Source: an uncultured Pseudomonadota bacterium (lineage in GTDB: Bacteria > Pseudomonadota > Alphaproteobacteria > Rs-D84). From it: a stretch of 64,000 nt of DNA. Of this stretch, positions 42,112-51,721 are shown piece after piece. Position 1 is the first letter of the stretch, and every line of letters starts with the position of its first letter. The DNA is taken from positions 2,758-66,757 of the forward strand of contig CADBLE010000005.1 in the NCBI GenBank assembly GCA_902795435.1, in the 5' to 3' direction. A program made the position numbers and the translations under genes. The notes below the pieces were generated by a model. It was not told the DNA's origin. It saw only the letters and a list, made by a program, of their open reading frames with translations, and ran no database searches.

Positions 42112-43035
42112 ATGAAAAAATTGACTTTTTTGGCTATAATGCTGGCTGTTTTTGTAAATAATGTTCGTGCAGAAGAATACGAAGATTATACATACGAAGA
42201 ATTCCAAACTGTGTATAACGAAGTTCCTGTGCAATCATATTATGCATATCCAGATGACCCGAACTTCATTCCTGAAACAGAATTTATGAATGAAGACGAC
42301 GATACTGATTATGACGAAATTATCTATGAAGTTCGCTCAGAAGAAGCACAATATCATCCGGGCGTTCAATTCACAGACAGACCAACAGTTATTTGTCGTG
42401 ATTTCAATTGCACAAGATTAAACAACCGTATTACACGTACTTTCTTGTTCAACAGTTTGTCTAATATGTTTTTAACAAACGCTCATTCCAGATTATATAT
42501 ATGTGAAGCAGACCCATTTTCACGCAGTTGTTTGCAATCTGGTATAACTTTCCCGGTTCGTTCTGGAATCGCAAACGCATTGGTAAAAATACCAAAGGCC
42601 ACAATTTCCCAGGTAAATTTATCAACAGGTTTATCCCGTGCAACTGTGACAATGACATATGAATTCTTGATAAACGGTATCCAACGTTCTTGCGAACCAA
42701 CAATTATGGATATTTCTGTTCCTAATAATTCCCAAGCAACTTTGAGCAACCGTGAATTTTCATGCAGTTTGACCAGTGACGGTGTATCAAATGTATCATT
42801 ATTATTAAATATAGATTACATTGATTTGGACTATGGTTTAATTGGTGGATATTATTCATTGGGTATGCAGGGTCCAACAATGGGCAGTGGTTCTGGATAT
42901 ATCGTATTCAAAACAGAATTCACAACAAATGGTTCTAAATTCCGTGCTAAAACATTCAAAGATACAGCAAATCTTGATGACCCAGCAAGAAATATTCAAC
43001 CAGGTGAATACGCAGTAGAGGCATGGGGCAAATAA
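42112..43035 (+). CDS. secreted hypothetical protein
   Basis: The likely start is MKKLTFLAIMLAVFVNNVRA at 42112 (SD AAAGG); the ORF-track start is 42076. An acidic N-terminal stretch is followed by a Cys-containing domain. It lies upstream of the two-component pair on the same strand. Confidence 0.7.
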   Translation: MKKLTFLAIMLAVFVNNVRAEEYEDYTYEEFQTVYNEVPVQSYYAYPDDPNFIPETEFMNEDDDTDYDEIIYEVRSEEAQYHPGVQFTDRPTVICRDFNCTRLNNRITRTFLFNSLSNMFLTNAHSRLYICEADPFSRSCLQSGITFPVRSGIANALVKIPKATISQVNLSTGLSRATVTMTYEFLINGIQRSCEPTIMDISVPNNSQATLSNREFSCSLTSDGVSNVSLLLNIDYIDLDYGLIGGYYSLGMQGPTMGSGSGYIVFKTEFTTNGSKFRAKTFKDTANLDDPARNIQPGEYAVEAWGK

Positions 43036-43087
43036 TTTCACCCAACGGTCTATTACTGCCGTATACTATTATAAGATAAAGACGCAG

Positions 43088-43735
43088 ATGACCAAAAATA
43101 TACTTGTTATTGACGACGATAAAATGTTGCGTGATACATTGGCAAACGGATTACGCAAAGCGGGTTTTGACGCCGTTAAATCAGAATCTGCCGAAGATGG
43201 TCTTGAATTTTTATCCCGTATGAAATTTGACGCTATTATTCTGGACAGAATGATGACTGGTATGGACGGTTTAAGTTTCTTGAAAAAAATCCGAAGTGAA
43301 AACAATAAAACGCCTGTGATTATGCTGACCGCGTTAAGTGGGCCAGAAAACACAATAGATGGTTTATTGGGTGGGGCAAACGATTATTTGGCAAAACCGT
43401 TTCAATTTCAAGAATTGGTATTGCGTTTGAATAATATAATGGCTCAAAATCAAGACATTCAACCAAATCAACAAATGCCTGTCGGACTCAGTTTTTCTGA
43501 AAATGAATTTTTTATTGTAAATCCAGATACAAACGACAAAAAATTGCTGTCTTTGTCCGCGGAAGAAAAGAAATTATTACAAAATCTTGTCAATCCAGTC
43601 GGCAATATTGTGTCCGCAACACCAATGGTGGCAAAACGCTTGCGTAATAAAATAAATAGTGTATTATCAAACATAGATATAATAACAGTCCGTGGTGAAG
43701 GATATAAAATAATAACTATAAACAAAGCGGTATAA
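43088..43735 (+). CDS. OmpR-family response regulator
   Basis: Receiver domain (ILVIDDD..., DAIILDRMMTGMDG, ...KPF) plus a winged-helix output domain (...ITVRGEGYKI). Confidence 0.92.
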   Translation: MTKNILVIDDDKMLRDTLANGLRKAGFDAVKSESAEDGLEFLSRMKFDAIILDRMMTGMDGLSFLKKIRSENNKTPVIMLTALSGPENTIDGLLGGANDYLAKPFQFQELVLRLNNIMAQNQDIQPNQQMPVGLSFSENEFFIVNPDTNDKKLLSLSAEEKKLLQNLVNPVGNIVSATPMVAKRLRNKINSVLSNIDIITVRGEGYKIITINKAV

Positions 43736-43737
43736 AA

Positions 43738-45018
43738 ATGAGACTTATTCCACGCAGTTTCTTGGCCAGAACAATTTTGATGGTTCTTGTACCTTTGATT
43801 TTTGCATTGACTATCGTTGCAAATGCTTTCTTTGGTAACCATTGGACACGCGTTCATTCTACATTGGCACGCACATTGGCTGGCGAAGTTGCAACCATGA
43901 TGAATTTCTTGGACAAGGGTGATGAACAATCTGTAAAAATGTTATCCACAGGTATTGGAATAAATACATCTATTCATGATTCCTTAAAACGCCCAAAGCA
44001 TAATGATAATGATTCTATGGAAGCGGGCCCATTAGCATCTGAATTACATAAAAGTTTGAAACAAAAAGCAAACATTTATATTGACCGTGGCAAAAGATTG
44101 GTTTTCATAGATGTCCCTACAAAAGACGGTAAAATTGCGACATTTGCAACATCTATGCACCGTATTTATTCAACCAGTGCAGAAGTATTTTTAATCTGGC
44201 TGTTTGGTTCAATTCTAATTGTGTCTATATTGGTCACACCATTTATTATATTACACACACGCAGTATTCGTCGCATTGCCAAGGCCGCAAACAAATTTGG
44301 TCGTGGCATGGATGTCCCGGGATTTCAACCTGCTGGTTCTGCTGAAATCCGCGAAGCAGCAAACGCCATGATTACAATGAAAGAAAGATTAAACAGATAC
44401 AACAAAACCAGAACAGATATGTTAAATGCGGTCGGTCATGATTTGAAAACCCCATTGACCCGTATGCGTTTGGCGGTTGAAACAGATTCTGCATCAAAAG
44501 AAGATTTATTGCACAATATTGACCGTATGTCTGAAATGGTAAATGGATATTTGGCATTTGCCCGTGGCGAAACCCCAGAAATAGAACAGGCGGTTGAATT
44601 ACCAGCAATGCTGACCCGTATTGCCCGTGATTCTGCCCCAGACAAAGAAATTATCCTGGATTTTCCAGAAACGCCTGCACAATTTTATGCACGCCCATCT
44701 TCATTGACCAGCGCATTTACAAACATAATTGAAAACGCGGCCAGATATACAAAAAAACAAATGAAAATCACAGAACAAGATTCCGAAGAATCTGTAACCG
44801 TAATAATTGAAGATGACGGCCCAGGTATCCCAGACGATAAAAAAGCATCTGCATTACAACCATTTGTTCGTTTGGATGAATCACGCGGTGATTTTACTGG
44901 CGGAACAGGACTTGGATTATCTATTGCACAAACTGCGATTGAAAATCACGGCGGACAAATATTCCTGGAAAACAGTGATTTAGGTGGCTTAAAGGTCCGC
45001 ATTGTATTACCTTTATAA
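43738..45018 (+). CDS. EnvZ-like sensor histidine kinase
   Basis: Two TM segments, a HAMP-like region, H-box AVGHDLKTPLTRMRL, and ATPase N/G boxes (NIIENAARYT, DDGPGIP, GGTGLGLSI). It starts 3 nt after the regulator. Confidence 0.92.
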   Translation: MRLIPRSFLARTILMVLVPLIFALTIVANAFFGNHWTRVHSTLARTLAGEVATMMNFLDKGDEQSVKMLSTGIGINTSIHDSLKRPKHNDNDSMEAGPLASELHKSLKQKANIYIDRGKRLVFIDVPTKDGKIATFATSMHRIYSTSAEVFLIWLFGSILIVSILVTPFIILHTRSIRRIAKAANKFGRGMDVPGFQPAGSAEIREAANAMITMKERLNRYNKTRTDMLNAVGHDLKTPLTRMRLAVETDSASKEDLLHNIDRMSEMVNGYLAFARGETPEIEQAVELPAMLTRIARDSAPDKEIILDFPETPAQFYARPSSLTSAFTNIIENAARYTKKQMKITEQDSEESVTVIIEDDGPGIPDDKKASALQPFVRLDESRGDFTGGTGLGLSIAQTAIENHGGQIFLENSDLGGLKVRIVLPL

Positions 45019-45039
45019 TTAAAACAAGAGAAAAATAAC

Positions 45040-46749
45040 ATGAATCTTTATAAATATGTATCAGACGAAATAAACAAAAAATTAGGTTTTGAAGCAAAAT
45101 TAGACGTTCCAAAAAATCGTGATTTTGGTGATTTTGCAACAAACGCTGCCATGGTTGGTGCAAAAATTGCAGGTAAAAACCCACGCGAATTGGCAAACGA
45201 ATATTTACCATTATTACAACAACTTGATTTTGTAAAGGAAGTTTCCATCGCAGGTCCAGGATTCATCAACATTAAAATCAAAGACGATTTTATTTTAGAT
45301 AATGCAACCGCACCAAAACCTATGACCGCAAAAGAACCTTTGGTTATAGATATGGATTATGGTGCATATAATGTTGCAAAATCTTTACATATTGGTCATT
45401 TGCGTACATCTATCGTTGGTGATACATTTAACCATATTGCAAAATTCATAGGTCATAAAACTTTTTCTTGGAATCATATTGGGGATTGGGGCAAACCAAT
45501 GGGATTGGTTATCGCGTGGATAGAACGCTTGCACCCAGAATTGCCTTATTTCCAAGACAATTTTAACCCAGAAACACCCGTAGATTATGAAATTGATGTT
45601 GCAGAATTAAATAATTATTATCCATCTGCGTCTTCTTTCGCGAAAGAAAACCCAGAATTTCAAGCACGCGCCCAAGAAATCAAAGCAAAATTCCAGGCGG
45701 GACATCCGGGTTATTTCGCATTATACGAAAAATTCTTGGCTATATCTTTACAGGCAATGAACAATACCGTTAAACGTTTGAATATTTTACCTTTTGATTA
45801 CGATTTGGGCGAAAGAAACGCGGCTAAATATCTGAAAGATGTAGAAGAAATATTAAACGAAAAACATATGATTTATGAAAACGAAGGCGCACAAATCATA
45901 AATGTTAAACGCGATACAGATACAGCACCAATGCCACCATATATGTGGCGCGATTCACGTGGTGCAGACACATACGATTCTACTGACTTAGCGGCTGTTT
46001 ATTGCCGTAAAAAGATAGATAATCCAGATAAAATTATTTATTTTACTGATTTGCGTCAATCTTTGCATTTTGAACAATTGTTCCGTGCCGCTGATATGTC
46101 TGGGATATATCCTTATGATAAATTTGAACATATTGGATACGGAACCATAAACGGCAAAGACGGCAAACCATTTAAGACACGTGATGGAAATGCGGCCGGT
46201 CTTGATGATATTTTAGATATTGCAAATGACGCAGTTATCGCACGTGTTGCAGAATCTGGCAAAAAATTAGATGACGAAACAATTAAAAGTATTGCTTTGG
46301 CCGCGGTTAAATTCAATGATTTATTACATGATGTAAAATCAGATTATGTTTTTGATCCATCATCTATAACCAGTTTTGAAGGAAAAACCGGCCCATATAT
46401 CTTATACACAGCGGTCAGATTAAATTCTGTTATGAAACGCGCAAACGCAGACATTACCAAACCAGAATCATTTGAATTATCTGCCGAAGAACGCAATTTA
46501 TTGATAGAAATCATGGATTTTGAACATACTATATTGTCCGCATACGATAACCGTGCAACAGATATGATTGCGAATTATGCGTATGATTTATGCCAATTGA
46601 TAAACAATTTCTATCATAATTGTCCAATATTGCGTGATGATGTTACACCTGAAATCAAGGCAGGGCGTTTATACATTGCAAAATTGGCGTTTGATACATT
46701 ATCAACTGCTATTGATTTAATGGGGCTGAAAATACCGAACGAAATGTAA
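45040..46749 (+). CDS. argS: arginine--tRNA ligase
   Basis: 569 aa with a class I HIGH motif (SLHIGHLRTSIVGD) and an ArgRS N-terminal and anticodon-binding layout. Confidence 0.95.
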   Translation: MNLYKYVSDEINKKLGFEAKLDVPKNRDFGDFATNAAMVGAKIAGKNPRELANEYLPLLQQLDFVKEVSIAGPGFINIKIKDDFILDNATAPKPMTAKEPLVIDMDYGAYNVAKSLHIGHLRTSIVGDTFNHIAKFIGHKTFSWNHIGDWGKPMGLVIAWIERLHPELPYFQDNFNPETPVDYEIDVAELNNYYPSASSFAKENPEFQARAQEIKAKFQAGHPGYFALYEKFLAISLQAMNNTVKRLNILPFDYDLGERNAAKYLKDVEEILNEKHMIYENEGAQIINVKRDTDTAPMPPYMWRDSRGADTYDSTDLAAVYCRKKIDNPDKIIYFTDLRQSLHFEQLFRAADMSGIYPYDKFEHIGYGTINGKDGKPFKTRDGNAAGLDDILDIANDAVIARVAESGKKLDDETIKSIALAAVKFNDLLHDVKSDYVFDPSSITSFEGKTGPYILYTAVRLNSVMKRANADITKPESFELSAEERNLLIEIMDFEHTILSAYDNRATDMIANYAYDLCQLINNFYHNCPILRDDVTPEIKAGRLYIAKLAFDTLSTAIDLMGLKIPNEM

Positions 46750-46763
46750 AAAAAGGGGCCAAA

Positions 46764-47498
46764 TTGTATAAATATGCAAACAAACATGCGGAATTGTTAA
46801 AGAAAATTCCTTTTGGAAAGTTTTCAGCACATGCAGATTTTATAAATTCGGTTGTAACAAACCCTAATAAATTTGGCACTTTTGAGAACATATTAAAATG
46901 TTATTTTTACATATCCGAAGAAATTTGGGATTACAGCAGCCCAAAGTTTTTATTGCGCTATAATAAACATAATTCAACTTTTTATGCTTATGATTTTATA
47001 TCTCATAAACAACGTGATGTTAAATCTGGTAAAAACAGGCTCAAACTAACAAAAATGATGAAATCTGTATTGAATAAAGACGGAACAAATTGCCATCATC
47101 ATAAAGAAACAGGTTTGATAATAAACACCAGACAAAAAGATAAAAAGAAAGAAATAGCAAGTTTAAGAAATGAATTTTTAAGATATGCATATATGTATAA
47201 CGACCATCTGGAATTTTACAAAAGAAATCAATACGAAATGCCGGAAGAATGGCTGGAACATTTATATGTGATTCTGCAAAAAATCGTTGAAACAGCCGAT
47301 GTTTTCTACAGACAACGCGCATACGATATGTTGACCAAAGAAACAATCAATATTTTATGCAACGAACACATTATTTCAAATTCTTTGATAGAAATTAAAA
47401 CAGGGCGTTATAATCGTGCAGACATAATCAACCAATTAAAAGAACATAAACAACATATGTTTGGCGAAATAACACACCAATATCAAAGAGTCAAATAA
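46764..47498 (+). CDS. hypothetical lysine-rich protein (244 aa), orphan
   Basis: TTG start preceded by AAAAAGGGG. There is no in-frame ATG until far downstream. I recognise no family. Confidence 0.6.
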   Translation: MYKYANKHAELLKKIPFGKFSAHADFINSVVTNPNKFGTFENILKCYFYISEEIWDYSSPKFLLRYNKHNSTFYAYDFISHKQRDVKSGKNRLKLTKMMKSVLNKDGTNCHHHKETGLIINTRQKDKKKEIASLRNEFLRYAYMYNDHLEFYKRNQYEMPEEWLEHLYVILQKIVETADVFYRQRAYDMLTKETINILCNEHIISNSLIEIKTGRYNRADIINQLKEHKQHMFGEITHQYQRVK

Positions 47499-47528
47499 TA
47501 AGGTATTATAATACCGTATAGATTTTTC

Positions 47529-47557
47529 TTGACTTTTCTGCATCTTTGCCACATAAT
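47529..47557 (+). promoter_or_regulatory. putative sigma70-type promoter of rplM-rpsI
   Basis: TTGACT (47529-47534), 17 nt, then CATAAT (47552-47557), about 40 nt upstream of rplM. Confidence 0.5.
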
Positions 47558-47597
47558 ATGCGTGCTATTTTTAACAAACACTAAAAGGTAAAAAACA

Positions 47598-48071
47598 ATG
47601 GCACAAACAAAATCATTAAAAAAGAGCGAATTGGAAGCCAAATGGTATCTGATTGACGCTACAGATTGCACATTGGGACGTTTGGCGGCTTTCACCGCAA
47701 ACATCTTGCGTGGCAAAAACAAACCAACATGGACACCAAACATGGATTGCGGTGACCATGTTATCATTATCAATGCTGAAAAAGTTGCTTTGACTGGTCA
47801 TAAAGCAGACAAAACAAAATTCTTCTGGCATTCTTTATGGACAGGCAGCACCAAAGAAAGAACTTTGGGTCAAATGCGTTCTGAAAAACCAGAAAAATTG
47901 ATTACAAACGCAGTAAAACGTATGATGGGTCGTCGCACAGCTGTTGCTTTGGCAAACAAACGTTTGACAAAATTGCATGTATATGCTGGCGCAGAACACA
48001 AACATTCTGCACAAAACCCAATCGTTATCGATTTCGCAAGTTTGAACCGTAAAAACAAAAGGGGCGAATAA
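47598..48071 (+). CDS. rplM: 50S ribosomal protein L13
   Basis: [16 protein letters not shown]...[27 protein letters not shown] is the L13 signature. Confidence 0.98.
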   Translation: MAQTKSLKKSELEAKWYLIDATDCTLGRLAAFTANILRGKNKPTWTPNMDCGDHVIIINAEKVALTGHKADKTKFFWHSLWTGSTKERTLGQMRSEKPEKLITNAVKRMMGRRTAVALANKRLTKLHVYAGAEHKHSAQNPIVIDFASLNRKNKRGE

Positions 48072-48592
48072 TGACAGAAACAAAGAAAACAACAGCAACT
48101 AAAACTGCTGCAAAGAAAGCAGCCCCTGCAAAAAAAGCTGCTGCACCAAAAACAACAGCAACAAAAGCAGCTGCTGTAAAAGCACCAGTTGCATCTGCAA
48201 AATTGGCAGACGCAATCTATGCATCAGGTAAACGTAAAGATTCTATTGCTCGTGTTTATCTGAAACCAGGTAAAGGCGCAATTATCGTGAACGGCGAAGA
48301 AATGAAAAAATACTTCAAACGTTCTGTATTGCAAATGATTTTGGTTCAACCATTCGAAGTAACAAAACGCGATGGCGCATATGATGTTGTCGCTATGGTT
48401 CAAGGTGGTGGTTTATCAGGTCAAGCAGGTGCCGTAAAACACGGTATTTCCAAAGCACTTGAAAAAGCAGAACCAGAATTGCGCAAAGCATTGAAATCTG
48501 CAGGATTCCTTACACGCGATAGTCGTGTTGTTGAACGTAAACACTATGGTTATCATAAGGCACGTCGTTCAACTCAGTTCAGCAAACGTTAA
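48071..48592 (+). CDS. rpsI: 30S ribosomal protein S9 with a roughly 45-aa Ala/Lys/Thr-rich N-terminal extension
   Basis: The core is ...[17 protein letters not shown]...[19 protein letters not shown]...[10 protein letters not shown]. The start overlaps the rplM stop (TAATG). Confidence 0.97.
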   Translation: MTETKKTTATKTAAKKAAPAKKAAAPKTTATKAAAVKAPVASAKLADAIYASGKRKDSIARVYLKPGKGAIIVNGEEMKKYFKRSVLQMILVQPFEVTKRDGAYDVVAMVQGGGLSGQAGAVKHGISKALEKAEPELRKALKSAGFLTRDSRVVERKHYGYHKARRSTQFSKR

Positions 48593-48626
48593 AGAAACGT
48601 TTTGTGGAACATTATGGAACACAAAC

Positions 48627-48655
48627 AAAAAACCGCCAAATTGGCGGTTTTTTAT
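48627..48655. terminator. bidirectional rho-independent terminator
   Basis: Stem aaccgcc (48631-48637), loop aaatt, stem ggcggtt (48643-48649), then a T-run, with an A-run upstream. Confidence 0.8.
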
Positions 48656-48669
48656 TAAACAACAATTTT

Positions 48670-48852
48670 TTAACGACCAGGTTTTTGGATAACATGTGTT
48701 TTTACAACATTTTGTTGAATTGCTTTTGCTTTCTTAGAAGCATCCAGCAACCCAGCACTTATTCCCAAAAACGCAACAGTCATTACTATAATAGCAACTT
48801 TATTTGCGCGTTCTAAACTTTTCCAAGTAATTATGTCTGGTGTTTGTGACAT
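48670..48852 (-). CDS. small single-TM protein (60 aa)
   Basis: ATG at 48852 is preceded by AAGGA. It has one hydrophobic helix (VAIIVMTVAFLGISAGLL). Confidence 0.5.
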   Translation of the reverse strand: MSQTPDIITWKSLERANKVAIIVMTVAFLGISAGLLDASKKAKAIQQNVVKTHVIQKPGR

Positions 48853-48912
48853 TTTTAATCCTTTGTTTTTTACACACATATATTAAATACTAAAAAATAA
48901 TTTTGTCAAGAT

Positions 48913-49137
48913 TTATTTTGTTTTTGCAAATGGATTATAATAATTCATCATTTTATTTTCATTATTCCAACCCCAAGTTTTTTGATTTTTTTCAAGTTTA
49001 TCTTGAATTTTATCTTTATTTTTGTGCATATAAAACGCACCCAAAGTAACCAGACCTGTAATTAAAACAGCCGGCACAACATCTTTCTTTAAGATTATCC
49101 ACATTGCGTTCCAAAATTGCTTGTATTCTTGTGTCAT
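48913..49137 (-). CDS. small single-TM protein (74 aa)
   Basis: The ATG is preceded by AAGGA. It has one hydrophobic helix (VVPAVLITGLVTLGAFY). Confidence 0.5.
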   Translation of the reverse strand: MTQEYKQFWNAMWIILKKDVVPAVLITGLVTLGAFYMHKNKDKIQDKLEKNQKTWGWNNENKMMNYYNPFAKTK

Positions 49138-49272
49138 ATTTTATCCTTTTTTCTTATGGTTTGATTGTAAAAACACAAAGAATATAGTCAAGCATTTTTT
49201 TTAATGTTTATGTTGCGTTTATTAAAAAATCTGTGTATAATCAGTCCCGATTTACAATCCAAAGGATAAATT

Positions 49273-50571
49273 ATGTTTACAAAAGAAAAAATTAAAGATT
49301 TACATTATTCTGTATCCGGTAAAATTTCCGCAGAAGATATCCAAAAAATGGCTGATGAAGTTTTGACAGAATTCGGCAAAACTGCAAAAATCGCTGGTTT
49401 CCGCCAGGGCCATATTCCATTATCAGTATTACGCCAAAAATACAATGCATCTGCATACGGCGAAGCAATCGACAAAGCATTAAACAACGATATGACCGCA
49501 TATATGGAAGAAAAGAAAATCCGTTTAGCAGGTCAGCCAAAGGTTGATTTAGATGGTTGGGAAATTGGTAAAGATGTTGAATATTCCATGGAATTTGATA
49601 TTTTGCCAACTTTACCTGCAATTGATTTAGAAAAAATCACAGTTGTTAAAAAAGTTGCAAAATTAGACGAAAAAGAAGTTGAAACAGCACTTGAAAACAT
49701 CCGCAAATCTCGCAGTGTTGCTGAAAAACAAGACGAAAAATACAAAGCGAAAAATGGCGACGTTGCTGTTATTGATTTCAAAGGTTTCATTGGTGATGAA
49801 GCATTCGAAGGTGGCGAAGCATCTAAACATCATTTGATTTTGGGCAGTGGCTCTTTCATTCCTGGATTCGAAGACCAAGTTATTGGCCACAAAGCAGGAG
49901 ATAAATTTGATGTAAATGTTAAATTCCCATCAGAATATCATGCTGAAAATTTGGCTGGTAAAGATGCCAGATTCGAAGTTTTGGTTCACGAAGTTCGCAA
50001 ACACATTTTGCCAGAAATGACAGACGAATTGGCAAAAGAAGTTGGTCAAGAATCTGTTGAAAAATTGAAAGAACATATCCGCAATATTATCAGCGAACAA
50101 TACGCAGAAGCCGCTCAACGCGATATGCGTAACGAATTGTTGGACGAATTGGCTGACAAAGTTAAACTTGATTTGCCAGAAATCTTGGTTGAACAAGAAT
50201 TGAATATGGCAAAACAAGAACATGACCATCATAATGCGGAACACGGCCACGACCATAAATGGGACGAAAAGAAAGAAAAGAAAGAAGCAGAACGCCGTGT
50301 AAAATTGGGTCTTATCTTGGCTGAATGGGGCACTCAAAACAAAGTTGAAGTAACCCGCGACGATTTACAACAAGCCATCTGGGCAGAAGCATCACGCTAT
50401 CCAGATCCAAAACAAGTATTTGAATTCTATAACAAAAACCAAAACGCAGTTGCAATGTTGCGTGGTATGTTGTTTGAAAGAAAAGCATTGGATACAATGC
50501 TGACTCATGTTAAACAGAAAGAAAAATCTGTTCCAGCAGAAGAATTATTCAAACAAGCATCTGTTAGATAA
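49273..50571 (+). CDS. tig: trigger factor
   Basis: 432 aa with the ribosome-binding GFRQGHIP signature, a central FKBP-like PPIase region (GDVAVIDFKGFIGDEAFEGG...) and a C-terminal arm domain. Confidence 0.95.
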   Translation: MFTKEKIKDLHYSVSGKISAEDIQKMADEVLTEFGKTAKIAGFRQGHIPLSVLRQKYNASAYGEAIDKALNNDMTAYMEEKKIRLAGQPKVDLDGWEIGKDVEYSMEFDILPTLPAIDLEKITVVKKVAKLDEKEVETALENIRKSRSVAEKQDEKYKAKNGDVAVIDFKGFIGDEAFEGGEASKHHLILGSGSFIPGFEDQVIGHKAGDKFDVNVKFPSEYHAENLAGKDARFEVLVHEVRKHILPEMTDELAKEVGQESVEKLKEHIRNIISEQYAEAAQRDMRNELLDELADKVKLDLPEILVEQELNMAKQEHDHHNAEHGHDHKWDEKKEKKEAERRVKLGLILAEWGTQNKVEVTRDDLQQAIWAEASRYPDPKQVFEFYNKNQNAVAMLRGMLFERKALDTMLTHVKQKEKSVPAEELFKQASVR

Positions 50572-50594
50572 TTCAAATCAAAAAAACAAACAAG

Positions 50595-50627
50595 AACCGT
50601 CCATAAAATAGGACGGTTTTTGTTTTT
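50595..50627 (+). terminator. rho-independent terminator of tig
   Basis: Stem aaccgtcc (50595-50602), loop ataaaata, stem ggacggtt (50611-50618), then a T-run. Confidence 0.8.
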
Positions 50628-50637
50628 ATAAAAAATA

Positions 50638-50665
50638 TTGACATTTGTGTAATTTTGTCTATAAT
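50638..50665 (+). promoter_or_regulatory. near-consensus sigma70 promoter
   Basis: TTGACA (50638-50643), 16 nt, then TATAAT (50660-50665), about 30 nt upstream of the ORF at 50697. Confidence 0.65.
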
Positions 50666-50696
50666 ATTATAAAACAATATAACAAAAAGGTTAAAC

Positions 50697-51710
50697 ATGT
50701 CTAAAATTTCTGAATTTATTGAAGAAAAACGTCATTTATATGAAAACGGAAAATATTTTGATTTGTCTGGTTTGGCTCGCACACCAGAAATATATATGGC
50801 GGGATTTCGCAACAGTCAGGCGTTAAAAGAATTGCCACAAAAAACCAAAAACAAAACAGAATATCGCAGACCAAATCCTTTTTTCGCTGTTTCAATAATT
50901 GAAAAAGAAATTTTGGAACAATTAAAATCTAAAACAAGATTACTGGAACCTTATAATAAAGCAACCCCTCGCAATAAATTGTTATATTGGGGCGCTTTGT
51001 TTGATACCTTGTCTGATTTCTATATTAAAAATATAGGTGGTTTATCTGTAATTGAACCAAGACAACAATACATCAAACAATCTGAATATGAAAAAATGCC
51101 GAAACGTTATCGCAGTGCATTGAAAAAAACAAAAAAAGGTTATGTTGTCGAAAAAGAACCTGACGCTAAAAAATATAGATTGATGTTCAATCAAGCGGAC
51201 CACATAAAATTCTCTAAACTTATGAAAGAAGCCAAAGAATTAATCAAATCTATTTACACAGACACTGTTATTGAACATGAATTGGTTGGCAACAGTTTTC
51301 GTAAAACAAAAAACAACCTGTCTGAACGCTTTGAATACAAATCTATCCATGGGACAATGCCTTCTCCTGTGGACAGAATAGACCAATATTTTATTACAGA
51401 CAAAGAAGTAGAAACAGTTAAAAAATTAAAAATTATATTCCGTGAAATCCAAGATATGTTCTACTATTTTGAACACAAATCAAATGCACAAGAAACCATT
51501 TACGAATATAATGATGCACAACGCAGACATAATGTTGTAAAAGATGCCCAATCCGTCACACGCACCGCACAACAATATGTAGTAAGTGTAAAGAAAGCAT
51601 CAAAATATCTTGATAAATATGATGTTATGGCTGCAGAACACGCGTTTGAAAACACAAAAAGACAAGTTTTAAGTGGATTGAAAAAACAACTAGATTTCCG
51701 CATACAATAA
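50697..51710 (+). CDS. hypothetical basic protein (337 aa), paralog A of a tandem pair
   Basis: It shares motifs with the next ORF: Y.DLSG, EY[EK].[ML]PKRYR.A.[KR]K, ....L[IV][KS][SK]IY, and F[IV]T[DN].[EQ]....[IV]KKL. I recognise no family. Confidence 0.7.
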   Translation: MSKISEFIEEKRHLYENGKYFDLSGLARTPEIYMAGFRNSQALKELPQKTKNKTEYRRPNPFFAVSIIEKEILEQLKSKTRLLEPYNKATPRNKLLYWGALFDTLSDFYIKNIGGLSVIEPRQQYIKQSEYEKMPKRYRSALKKTKKGYVVEKEPDAKKYRLMFNQADHIKFSKLMKEAKELIKSIYTDTVIEHELVGNSFRKTKNNLSERFEYKSIHGTMPSPVDRIDQYFITDKEVETVKKLKIIFREIQDMFYYFEHKSNAQETIYEYNDAQRRHNVVKDAQSVTRTAQQYVVSVKKASKYLDKYDVMAAEHAFENTKRQVLSGLKKQLDFRIQ

Positions 51711-51721
51711 GAGGCAAAAAA

